NCBI GenBank assembly: GCA_905178155.1
Contig: CAJINV010000008.1
Location: 1,178,001-1,242,000 of the forward strand
Reading direction: 5' to 3'
DNA: 64,000 nt
Origin: Amoebophrya sp. A120
Taxonomy: Eukaryota; Protista; Dinoflagellata
The position numbers and the translations under genes were made by a program. Each line of letters begins with the position of its first letter. The stretch's first letter is position 1. Positions 49,789 through 60,612 of this stretch are shown in pieces. The notes under the pieces are model-generated. The model had not been told where the DNA came from. It ran no database searches and worked only from the letters and a program-made list of their open reading frames with translations.

Positions 49789-52700
49789 ATGAAGTTCGTT
49801 GACATGGTTCTGTGGAACGTGCGGGAGCACCTGCTGAAGAAATTTCCGGGGCAGGAGCTGATTTCCGTCTGGGTTTTTCATTACGGCTTGAGCAGCGACA
49901 CCAATCTGTCGTTGCTGAAAATGGTGGACTCGGTGGATTTTCCGGATACGCACCTGTTTCGCGACCCCATCGCCACGTACAAGAACCCGATGACACTGTC
50001 CGAGGTCCGCGCACAGGCCAGTGGGCAGAAGCGGATGGTGAGTCTCGCCGATCTAGATCCAAAGGCCTTCGAGATCTGGACCACGTTTCTCGATTGGCTT
50101 TTGCGGTTCGCCGAAGACCCGCACCCGTGCGAGGCGGACTTTGCGACCCGCATTTACTTCAACTTCTTTGACTGCTGCTTTCCGGAGGGGATCGACCCGG
50201 ACCGGGTGGCCGCCTGCGTCGACTTCGCGTCGGGAGATCCCAAGCAGATTCAGGCCCAGTTTTCCACGATGTACGGGCATTTCTTTCAGCTCTACCCGCG
50301 ACAGTGGGCGTACGGCCTGGAGCACTTTGACTGCCCCTGTGCGGACAATGCGGATTTCCTATTCGGGATCCTGGACTGGAACGAGTCCGGGATCATCGAT
50401 TACGAGGAGATTGCCATCCTGACCCCGGTATCGAGTGCAAATATGTCTGGGTCTGGAAGAGTGCGCCATTTGTCATGCAGATTTTCCATGATCACCCATT
50501 TAACGCTGTACCAACCGGCGCAGAATAGAATGTTGACCAATTGTTGACGATATTGGGACGGACAGGGTTTTTCAAAAAGCAGCGCTCCTGTTCGAGAGCA
50601 CGGGCGGGCATTGCGGGAGCCAGAGCTCGTTTTGGCATTGCAAATTAGGTCCACCGTTGTGCCCCGCAGCGCACTCCCATGGTTCCCCGCGATAGAGTTT
50701 CGCCTTGGTGTGGCACCAAAACAAGCTACGCCTATACGGCGGCACAGGACTGGAGAGAGATTTGAGTGGCCTGGTGTGGGTTTTGGAATGAAGATCGTCA
50801 ATTTGGAATCGCGATCAGCGATGTGAAATGGAGATCGCCCGTTTGAAATGCCGATCAGGCATTTGAAATGGCGATCATCAATTTGAAATCGCGATCACCA
50901 ATTTGAAATCGCGATCACCAATTTGAAATCGCGATCATCAATTTGAAATCGCGATCATCAATTTGAAATCGCGATCAGTGGGTCTGGCCCAATTTGAGAC
51001 GAAGATCATGGTCTCCGGCTCAATTTGAAATGAAGGTCAGAAAAAGGTCCGAATTAGGTCAGAATTAGGTCAGAAATCCCGTCCCTATCTTACATTCTGG
51101 ATTTCTGACCTAATTCGGACCTGTTTATGACCTCCATTTGAAATTGAAAAGCTCGGCGTCAAAATCTGAAAAGTTTCGTCTTCACAGAAGCGCTTTTTTC
51201 TCTTCGGGACTCTCTCCTTGCCCGTTCGGTCGGTCTCGAATTTTGCTTACTGGGTGGGCGCCTGGCACTGGCGAAAATTTTCGCTCGGCGGCCCTTCAGG
51301 CCGCCAACGTTCTTCCTCTTTACCTTTGCATTCTACATCTGCCAGCTTTCTGTGCTGCTACCTGTTGGCCGTTGGAAGCCGGCAGTCGTCGGCCTTTCAT
51401 TCCCCTGGGTCGCCCTAAGTTGATGTGAAAAGGAACGCCCCGGGCAATGGTGTGGGGGATGATGGCCGTACTTTCGCAGCTTTTGTTTTAGGTTCTGCCC
51501 AAGCGGTAGAACACGTTCAAAACACGCGTGTTAGCCCTGCCGCCAAGTCCCGCCCCGCCCCGCCATGGCTTGGCCATATGACCGGTTTGTGGCGCCTAGA
51601 ATCAGAAAAAGCTGGCCGTCCCAAATCCGTCCCAAATCTGTCACAATTTAAATCACAAACCGCATGGTATGACGTTAACACCCATTCCCATGAGGTCTGT
51701 AATGCAGGACCTTGCATGACAGATTCTGCGCGATCTCTACTTATCATGCCTATCCTACATGAGAAACTCCCTCGCGACTTGGCCAAAACTGGACGACTTT
51801 AGGTAATCACGCAACACAGATTTTTCCATGATTAAGGTTTTGCATGACAAGTTCCACTCTTCCAGACCCAGATATATTTGCAATGCATATCCGGAGCTGA
51901 CCCGGCTCGGCGAACTGGCGGAGGAGGCGGAGCGGTTCGCCGTGGAGATGGCCCGGGACCTATTGAGAGGAAAAATCCCCCCTCCCCATATCGAAATGGA
52001 AATCTGTGATGCAGGATTTGGGTACACAAATCGGATTTGCCTTGCAGTAAGGCATCGCAGCAAGATCCTCGGCCTAGGTAGGGGCGTATAGGTATAGTTG
52101 CTTAGCATTGCAAACGGGTGCCCCCTAGGCGCAACAGCATGCCAAATCGCTTCCATAATGGTGCGGAAGCCTCTGCGCTTGTCTTCTTGCAAGACAGACG
52201 TGATTTGCGACCTCAAATCAGCAACGTAGCCATTTTGGCTCAAGACTTCTTGTCTTGTGGCCCGTTTTCCCACAATTAGATGCGGGGCCGCAACCCCCGC
52301 GAGATCATCTGGTTTCAGGAACTCATCGTGAGTCCCAAGATCCGTAGCGGCTCTACATAACAGGCGCGGGTGCGGCCGGTCTGCCTCTAGCTCATCCAGT
52401 ATGATTTCCCTTACACACATCCCCACAATGAGACTCTACTTGCGCTTCTCAGTTTGCGCGCACGTGCGCAGCCAAGCAACTGAGTGATCCCCGCAGGGCT
52501 CTTGCCCTCTCCCTCTCTTCCCGTCAGCGGTCCGGGCGCTTAACATCTTCTCTCTGCAGCGTGGCTGGCTATCGTCGGGGTGGAATCTCTCTCTCCGAAA
52601 CAGACGGGCACTACCAGGACAAGCGCCCAGCCCGCAGGTGATCGACAGGCCGCCGACTTCTTCCGGAGAGAGTGGCTGCTCGTGTTGGGTTTCGTCTACA

Positions 52701-55700
52701 TGTCAATCCCTGTCCTTCGAGTGCGACTTCCTCTTGTTTCCGGCCTCTCGCATGCGGACTTCCATGTTTCCTTGTTCCTGCCAGACGGGACCTCCGGCAT
52801 AGGCGGCTTTGCAGCTTCGACGTGCTGCTCTTAGATGAGTTTGGATTTATGCCGGAGCGGGCGGCTGCTCCGGTTCCACGAGGATGCCGCGCCCACCAGC
52901 GGATTGCCCAGACGCGCGGGGAGATCAGGGACAAAATCTTTGTGTGTTGCAATTCGTTATTGGTGTCTTTTCATTTTGGTTGTTCACTGTGTCTCCTCGG
53001 ATGATGTACCCTTAACACTGAACTCAGGTCGGAACTCGTCGCTGCCACTCTCTCCGTTGGCCGGTGGTTTTCCACAATTGGTAAGCGGTCGGCTTCGTGG
53101 ACTTCGGGTTTCGTGGGTGCCAGCAATACTTCCTCCTGCTTTTACCATGCAGACAAGCCTGAGTCAGACCACAAGCGTTCTGGCCCGATCGCCGCCACAA
53201 GCGCAGGCGCGGACTCCCAAGAAGCGTTGAGGTCAGGCTTGTAGGCATGGTAGCCGGTCCCTGTGCGGTGGGGCCCTTGTTTAGCGGTGGTGTATCTGCG
53301 GCCGGTGGTGGAGTGGTGCGGTTTTCGATTTCGTGCTTCTTCTTCCGAGGCGATGCGTTCCAGAGAGGGAGCGGTGGGTCACACGTGCGCGGCGGCGTCG
53401 GCGCTCTTGGATTTGATCGCGAACGTCCTCTCGGGAGAGGAGGATGTAGCTTCATTCCTTAACTGACTACACCTCCTCTCTTGCGGCTCTCGTGCTCGCG
53501 GTGGCTGCTATACGGAACCTGTGGCGCGTGGACGCGACGGCTGACGACTTTACGCTGGAACTATGGGATCCTGTTGCTTCTCCCGAGCGAGGCCGTCTTG
53601 CCTTCCACTCAGGGCTCTCGTGGATTGAGCCTGGCGGGAAATTCCCGTTGCGCGAGGCTCTTGCCAGGAGTTCGTCCACGCTTGCCGACGCGGTTTCGGG
53701 GGTAGACGGGGCCAGGGTGGCTATCGGAGCTTGCTCCGGGGCTTGCGGTGTGGGGGCGGGTTCATGGGGCTGTGCCCGGGCTCAGCGAGGCTTTTTCTCC
53801 TGTCTGTGCTCCCTCGTGTTCACGCTCCTGTGCTGCTTGACTGGTAGTCATTTTGGCTTTTGTTTTTCCTCCGTCGCTGTCGTTTGGTCCCCGGGGCCGC
53901 CACGGACAGGGCCCCCTGGGTTACCTCGGTCGAGTGGTTGTGCGTTTCGGTTCTCCTATGCCCATGCCTACCGTGTACTTGCCGCTGGGTACTGGTAGAG
54001 CGTCTCTTTCGTCAGACTGTTTCGCTTCGGCGAAACGACATGACGATTGTTTGGGGAGGTTCCGAACGGTCCCCTCAGGGCATTGCCTCGTCGCTGACCT
54101 GTGGAGAAAGGCGGTTCAGGTCAGCTTCGGGAAGGGTATCCGGAGTTGAGTTAGCTTCGGCTTTCTCTTGTGTATTCGAGGGCAGTGGTTGGCGGAGGTT
54201 GTCGGGTTGTTCCTAATTGGTCATCCCAGAACATTTGTGTTCCCTTGTGACTTCCTCATTTCCTGTGCAGTGTTACACTGCATATACAGGCGCCACCCTC
54301 GTTTATCACCTCCAGGGCTACGTGCGACCCCTCCGACGCTGCGTGTGGAAGGAGGAAGTTCGGCGTGTCGGGTGAGGGACCCCCGACGGCTGGCCTACGG
54401 ATATTAGGTGGAAAACAGGCTCAAATCAGCAACGCAAATTTTCGGACACACACCTTTTCGATATGGGGAGGGGGGATTTTTCCTCACAATAGGACCGGGA
54501 GAAGGCCGCGATGGCCCCCGGAGCGGCTATGCAGCTCATGTCAAGGTTTGAGTTCAAGATGGCCCAGCTGCGCCGGTTGAACAAGCGACGCAGAAAGGCG
54601 GCGGAACAGTTGGAGCAGTGGATTATGCAAAAATACGGCCACAAGATGCGAGCCTGGCTGGAGATTGACAACGATCGCTCCATGCAGGTGTCCAGAATCG
54701 AATTCATGAAGTGGTGCGCATCCATTGGCTACACCGGGGACCGACGCGCGGCCTGGAGCTTTTACGATAAGGACGAGTCAGGTAAATGGTCGTGCAATGC
54801 GTCTCTTCAATACGGTTTATTTTGCTTATTGGATGAAAAAAAATACCAGGGAATAAAGAGATTCGGATTGCTTTATTATGCGTGTCGCGAAAATCAAAAT
54901 GAAAATTCAACAAATTGCTCGCTCGAAAACATCAAAACAGGCGACCTGTCCGTGGATGAGTGGTCGCTGGACGCTTCCATCGGGATGGGGCAGTTTCAGG
55001 CCTGGTTTCGTTCAAGGTTTTCCTGCCAGACGGAACTGGTCCTGCATTTGTTCCGGTGGCAGGACCGCAAAGTGGGCCACCTGACCGAACACCAGTTCGT
55101 GGACATCCTGATTCAGATGGACTTCCGGCCGGTGATCTCGATAGCCGCAATATCAAAAGGAAAAATCCCCCCTCCCCATATCGAAAACGAAATTTGTGAT
55201 GCTGTATTTGAGTACACAAATCGACTTGTAATGCTAGAAGGCCAAGAGACGCAGCTGTGGCCTCGTTTGCAGGCAATTTGTCATGCTGTTTCCCACTTCC
55301 AGCTGCCCCCTGTCATGCTGAAGGTGCAAGGCTCTCCCAGGCCAACCAGAACTACAGTCCGCATCTTGTCCCTTTTAGCATGACAAAGCTGATTTGTGAC
55401 CACAAATCTGCATCACAAATTTCTAGTTTGAGTATGGGGTGGGGGGATTTTTCATTTTGATACGCAATTTTTCAGCCCCTGATTGAGCTCGCGATCGACT
55501 TGCTGAAGAAGCGGTCCGCGAGAGGGTCCATGAAATCCAACTTTGACATGGCTTCCGACGCGTGGAAAACGCGACGGTTCCGGGTGGCAGACCACTTGGA
55601 AGAGGTGATGAAAAAATCTGGGACGACGAACAAGGTCGATAACAAGCAGAAAAAGCGCGAGCTGGGAAAGTTTCTGAAACAGCAGCGAATGCAAATCGAG

Positions 55701-58700
55701 AAAGCAGAGGCCGAAGCTCAGGAGAAGAGGAAGGAGGAGGCAAGCAACGTCTTCAAGGAGATGCACGCCGACCTGGAGGAGGTAGACGCGGGAGGGGCGC
55801 CGGCCTCAACAGCTGGCACCGAAGGGCAGCATGCTGCTGGAGGTGAGAGTGACACCGCGCCAGCTGCTGCAGAGGAAGTAGATCCAGAGCAGATAGAAGC
55901 ACCAGCTCCTACTGAAGAGACCATAGTGCCAGCGCCGGCCGCTGAATCAACCCAGGGTGAACTACTACAGGAAGGAATAGAGGGTAGTGAAAATAAAGTA
56001 GCCGACGAGTCTGCTGACGCAAGTGCCGGCGTTTCCGCTCCTGATGCTGAAGAAGAGCTCCCTGCCATCGTAGATGATGCAGCTGAAGAACAGCATATGG
56101 AAGAGGCAGAACAGCACGAAACTACGCAACCACGTGAGGCGCCGACTGCCGAAGAACATGACGAACAGCAGGCGTCAGAGGGCGTCGCAGCTGCTGCTGT
56201 GGCTAAAGGTGAGGCTACTGGTAGTCCGGAAGCAATCAACCCAGGAGAGGCCGCCGATGCCGAGGCGGCTCCGACTGATGTAGCCCAAGAAGCAGAAGTT
56301 ACTGGTGAAGCAGGCGCAGCTGAACCTGACGCAGCGAAGGGCCCAGGAGCAGAGAGCGTAGAAAATGTTGATGCAGTTGCCGAGGGCTCCCCGAGCCCGT
56401 CCAGCGAGGTGGTACCTCCGCAAACGACCGAGGAAACTCCTGGGGCGGTCGGGTCCGTAGACACGACCGAAGCCTCGGCAGAACAGACACAGGTCGCCGA
56501 ACAAAACGACGAGGCCGTGGACGAAAATCAAATCGCCGACGCGGAAGACACCGGCGCAGCTGCTGAAGGCGGCGCGGAAATACAAATAGCAACTGACGGC
56601 GCTCCATCGACCTCCGCTACACAAGAGACGCCGGCAGTAGAAGCCATTGAAAGTCCAGCTCCAGAGACCACGACCGGCGAGCCAGTTGCAGCTACAAGTA
56701 CCGTGGAAGACGATGAGGCCGCTTCTGCAGAGGTTCTCGAAGCAGCCGGCGAGCCAGCTGTGGCTGCTGAAGGTGATGATGAAGGAGGACAAGCGGCGCC
56801 CCCCGCCATAGACGACGACTCTCCTTCGCCAGGAGCACCACAGATCATAGATACAGAAGAGCACCCCGAAACTATGCACTCTTCCGCGCGGGTGTCTTTC
56901 GTTGAGGAGCCCGACGTCGTTGTGGAAGGGAAAACTCCGAAACACGAGCCCATCGTGATGAACGCGGCGACGAGCGTCGATGACATCCCGACCGGGTTGA
57001 ACGCGCAGGCTGAGCCGGAAAATGCCGAAGACGAGGAACAGCGGCTCCACGAGGAGAAGTTAGCGAAACTGAAAGTAAGGGAAGAGGAGCACGAGCGCAT
57101 GAAGCAGGAGCAAGCGGACGCACAAAAGGCCGCAGAGGCAGAGATGGACGAAGAGGCACTGTACCTGCTCCAGCAGGAGCGCGCGGCTATCAAAATCCAA
57201 TCGTTACAACGGCAGCGGCTGGCCCGACGGGCCGCGTACAAGAAAAAGGAGACGAAACGGAAAGCGACAATATTGGAAATGAAGTACGTCCCGGAGGTCC
57301 ACAACAAGCCCGGGGCAGCCCCCAAGCACCGCAGCGGCAAGTCGCTGTGGGAGAAGGTTCGCAACCAGCGCTGCAGCGGGTTGCTGCGCGGCCCCGTCGC
57401 GCTCCGGAACCTGAACAGCACCAACCGGTCGGTTGCGGCCATGCTGAAGGAAGCGTGGCAGCGCGAGGTCGCGCGCGCCGACCGCGAGCGGGAGGGAATC
57501 CAGAAGCTGGAGCGGCTTTCCGGGTACCAGAAGCTGCTTTTCTGGGCGCCCAAGTTCGAGGACGCGGGCGAACCCATCGACGGGGACCTGCTGGTGAAGA
57601 ACATCCACCGGGAGGTCGCGGAGCTGGTGGTCACCCACGGCTTTATCGAGGGCGACGACGTGTCGGAGCATGAACAGGACGTGGAGGATTTAACGACCCA
57701 GCTGCTGCAGTTCACCGACCCCTTTTCGATGTACCTGGAGAACCGCAAGAAGTTTTTCCGCGAGCTCTTCTTCTCCGTGGGCGCGGACGCGAAGGGCGAC
57801 CGCTTCCTCTACCCAGACGACCTGAACTGGCTCCGGCACTGGACGCCGCAGCCGTGGCTGCTCGCCCTGCCAGACTTTTACTCGAAGCACGACCTGTATG
57901 ATAGTGCACAACTCCCCCTCACCCTCATTTGTATTGCATGAACGGCAATACAAGCATCAGCAAGAGTGCCGGCTTTGCATGACAAATTTGCACGGATTAT
58001 TGTGCTATCTGGGCTACCAGAACTTGTCATGCAAACAGTGCCAAGAGGCAAAGGGTGGATTGGGTCTTTTGCATTACAAATGAGGGTGAGGGGGAGTTGT
58101 GCACTGTCATAACCTGATCAAGTGTCTCCGCGAGGAGAACTACAACAACGACCTCGCGGTGTGGCGGACGATGGACGCCTATCAAATGCAAAAATGTCTG
58201 GGTCTGGAAACTTGTGATGCAAGTCCGTGAACAATAAGTGCTCTGTAATGCGCCGCCAAGCATGACAATTTTTTTCGTGCTTCTGTGATGCGTATTTCGC
58301 ATGAGAAACTGCGCTTTTGCATGACAGGCAAGAGGACCTCTTGGTGGCCGCGCAATCCAGAGTGCAGAGTCATGCCAGACTAGCATGACAATCTTCCAGA
58401 CCCAGACACTTTTGCATTTGATAACGCCGACGCGAGTAACAAGGTGACGTGGACGGAGATCTACGACGCCCTGAAACACATCCGGTGGGAGCATCTGGAC
58501 AAGCGACTGCCGGGCGCGTGGCGCGCGCTGGACACGCACCGCCGCGGCTACATCACCCTGCAGGACTTCTCCCCCCGAACCGTGGAGCTGCTGCAGCCCT
58601 TTTTCCAGTGGGTCCACGGCCGGTTCCGCTCCTTCGAGGCGGCCATGAAGTTCCTCGAGGGCGGGATCAAGGAAGGGAGGAAGGACATGGGGCTGCTGGA

Positions 58701-59379
58701 GTTCCGGGAGCGCCTCCGCATCGGCGGCTGGAAGGAGAACTGCAGCGAGCTCCTGCAGCTGCTCGACTTGGACGGCGGGGGCTCCGTGACGCCGTCCGAG
58801 ATCATGTTTTTGGAGGTGTTCGACATGGAGTTGGCGGAGGAGACCCCGGAGGACGAACTTGCGAAGCGCAAGGCCATGATCGCCGTCGAGAAGCGCGCCG
58901 CGACGTCGGTGGACCAGACCTTCGACAATCGGTTCATGTACAAAAACGATCACGAACAGTACTGCGCCGAGGTGATGTCGAAGCAGACGCAGCCGAGTCA
59001 GGACCAGATCCACGAACGGGCGGTGGAAAAGCAGCGGAAGCTGGACACCATGCACGAGGGCGTCGAGGAGATGCTGCGCAACCGCCGGCCGAAGCCGGAA
59101 AACCGCAAGTCGCACATCTTGTGGCAGCGGAACATCCCCTTTTGGGCCGTCCCGGGGGTGGAAGGCATGTACCCGCCGCACGTGCGTCACCCGCCGCCGA
59201 AAAACGTCCAGCACCCGCTCAAGCCGAAATACCTGCACCCGCAACCCGAGCAGTACGAGGTGGACCGGAAATTCTGGCGGGAAAAACCGGTCTTGCTGGA
59301 ACCGATTTCGCCGTTCATGTGGCACCCAACCTTGCAGCGCGGCTGGATCAAATCTTTCGGGCCCAGTCCGACTGGCTAA
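49789..59379 (+). CDS. Large EF-hand and IQ-motif protein with a long acidic Ala/Glu linker
   Basis: EF-like loops DWNESGIIDYEE, DNDRSMQVSRIE, DKDESG-DLSVDE, DADASNKVTWTE, DTHRRGYITLQD, DLDGGGSVTPSE and IQ motif AAIKIQSLQRQRLARR. Exons about 49789-50428, 51895-51960, 54497-54781, 54941-55150, 55468-57896, 58117-58179, 58429-59379, all in frame. Upstream exons are possible. Confidence 0.82.
50781..50980. repeat. 20-bp minisatellite, about 10 copies
   Basis: Unit ATTTGAAATCGCGATCAYCA, head-to-tail, more degenerate at the left end. Confidence 0.92.
51021..51146. repeat. Long imperfect inverted repeat (hairpin)
   Basis: CAATTTGAAATGAAGGTCAGAAAAAGGTCCGAATTAGGTCAGAA pairs with TTCTGACCTAATTCGGACCTGTTTATGACCTCCATTTGAAATTG. 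Confidence 0.85.
52225..52244 (+). other. Dinoflagellate spliced-leader (DinoSL) relic
   Basis: CGTAGCCATTTTGGCTCAAG = the last 20 nt of the 22-nt DinoSL DCCGTAGCCATTTTGGCTCAAG. Not followed by the GT donor expected in an SL RNA gene. Confidence 0.93.
52227..54419 (+). pseudogene. SL-capped retroposed sequence (retrocopy or non-autonomous retroelement), no intact ORF
   Basis: Begins with the SL and is flanked by the 15-bp direct repeat CTCAAATCAGCAACG (52212-52226, 54420-54434). Only short, stop-interrupted ORFs. No poly(A) tail seen. Confidence 0.75.
55151..55462. mobile_element. Introner family E (312 bp)
   Basis: TATCAAAAGGAAAAATCCCCCCTCCCCATA...TATGGGGTGGGGGGATTTTTCATTTTGATA. TSD cgcaa. 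Spliced reading SIAA-IFQPLIE. Confidence 0.93.
57897..58111. mobile_element. Introner family D (215 bp)
   Basis: About 37-bp near-perfect TIR TATGAYAGTGCACAACTCCCCCTCACCCTCATTTGTA. TSD acctg. Confidence 0.94.
58180..58423. mobile_element. Introner family B (244 bp)
   Basis: TATCAAATGCAAAAATGTCTGGGTCTGGAA...TTCCAGACCCAGACACTTTTGCATTTGATA. TSD acgcc. Splits the EF-hand loop MDA-DASNKVTWTE. Confidence 0.94.
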
Positions 59380-60612
59380 GCATTTGCATTCTTTCTGGAG
59401 GTTGGTTTTATCCTCTCCGAAAAGTCTTCGTATTCATTTTTTTTTTTCGCTCAAGTTCATGACCTACCATGGCCGCTGAGTCAGATCAAAAAGTAGCACC
59501 GGCATACCCTGTTCTGTGTTATTTTTGTGATGTCGACACGGCTCAATCTGAATCTGAATCTGAATATAATTTCTCATTTACCATCATAAGCATAACCTTA
59601 ACCATCAATCATGCATATATATAGGTTGTAGTAATTAATACTTACTTTGCTTGTTCATGTTCACATGGCGTTTAAGTAGATTACAATTTCGAAATCAATT
59701 TCAATACAGCGGGACGGATGTGCGCTTCCTGTTCCTTATCCTTTCAATTATTGACGGGCAGAGGCGGATCTGCTCGCCATAGCCCTGTCAGCTTTTCTTT
59801 TCCACAATTGGGTACCCCTCATTCTTTCATCCCCGGAACCAGATGGAACACTGCGCAATCACAACAAAACAAACAAAGCGAATTGCTATTATCCAGGTGT
59901 CGTATACAAGGTATTGATTTTGACGCGGCCGCAGCCCCAGTTTTGTCTCTCACTGAGAAGACTGCAAACGATGCATGAGTGTGTGCGCCAAAGAACGATG
60001 TAATGTTTTTGTCGAATCCTTCACATCAAATCTCCCTGGTTCGAAAAAGCGTGGTATCGTGAAGGAATTTCGTGAAGATCGCAAATTAAAACATCGTGTT
60101 AGGCTGCAAACAAATTGTCAACAATACAACCAAGGATAAAGAAATGATGTACGTGCACCAGATGAAAGACTTCTATTTGCTATCGGCTCTCTAAGTCGTA
60201 GAATTCGAACTGAAATTTGTTTCCTTGTATCACACACGCACACGCCCCATGAAATCGCTCAAGCGATGTATCAAACGTGAAAATTAAATGAAATATCTTT
60301 CCAGGTCTAGTATTTCGTGGAGTTTTTCTTTTCCTTGCCTCTATTGCCGGATCTACTAGGAGGACGGGCGGCTATAATGATGCGCTATTTATTTCCTTAG
60401 ATGCTACCATTGTGTACGACATTTAGATCGAATTCGATGACTTTTTGTTTTTTGGGACCTCGATGAAGTTGTCGTAGTACGCATCCGCTGGCTTCTTGTC
60501 ATTTTCCTTTGTTGAAGTAGTTCGCCTCGACTACCACCAGTGCCATCAAGTTTCTTCTTTCACTTTCTGAATCGAAGAACGAACTCGAACAAAATTAATA
60601 ACGCACCAGACC

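Larger units (their letters stand above)
50500..51678. mobile_element. Nested non-autonomous TIR element (1179 bp)
   Basis: Ends TTAACGCTGTACCA...TGGTATGACGTTAA with further imperfect inverted similarity (TTGGGACGG.CAG..TTTTTC). 7-bp direct repeat cacccat at 50493-50499 and 51679-51685. Confidence 0.8.
50429..51889. mobile_element. Introner family B expanded to 1461 bp by a nested insertion
   Basis: TATCGAGTGCAAATATGTCTGGGTCTGGAAGAGTG...CACTCTTCCAGACCCAGATATATTTGCAATGCATA. Flanks cccgg/tccgg. 275 bp remain after removing the nested element and one TSD. Confidence 0.9.
51961..54491. mobile_element. Introner family E expanded to 2531 bp by a nested retroposed insert
   Basis: 36-bp TIR TATTGWGAGGAAAAATCCCCCCTCCCCATATCGAAA. 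TSD ggacc. 323 bp remain after removing the insert and one 15-bp repeat, and its arms align by eye to the 312-bp copy at 55151. Confidence 0.92.

Noticed and set aside
50781-50980. CRISPR-like array
   Set aside because: The 20-bp units are head-to-tail with no unique spacers, no cas genes are present, and the context is eukaryotic. It is a minisatellite.
52225-52300. SL RNA gene
   Set aside because: The leader is followed by ACTT rather than a GT donor, is single-copy and is flanked by a TSD. This fits a processed copy.
51755-52426. Minus-strand 223-aa ORF as an introner transposase
   Set aside because: It crosses two introner boundaries, a host exon and the SL insert junction, and has no DDE-like motif. 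Chance ORF.
52672-53004. Walker B-like DVLLLDEFGFMP suggesting an IstB/DnaC ATPase or helicase
   Set aside because: No Walker A or other flanking motif was found and the ORF is short. It cannot be supported without a profile search.
54782-54940. Coding sequence as shown in ORF 54511-55383
   Set aside because: AT-rich 159-bp GT-AG segment that interrupts the EF-hand loop DKDESG-DLSVDE. Better read as an in-frame canonical intron.
13545-59325. Long minus-strand and alternative-frame ORFs (e.g. 13755-15158, 15680-16564, 56528-57748, 58027-59325)
   Set aside because: They are shadows of GC3-rich or low-complexity + strand coding sequence with no recognisable motifs.
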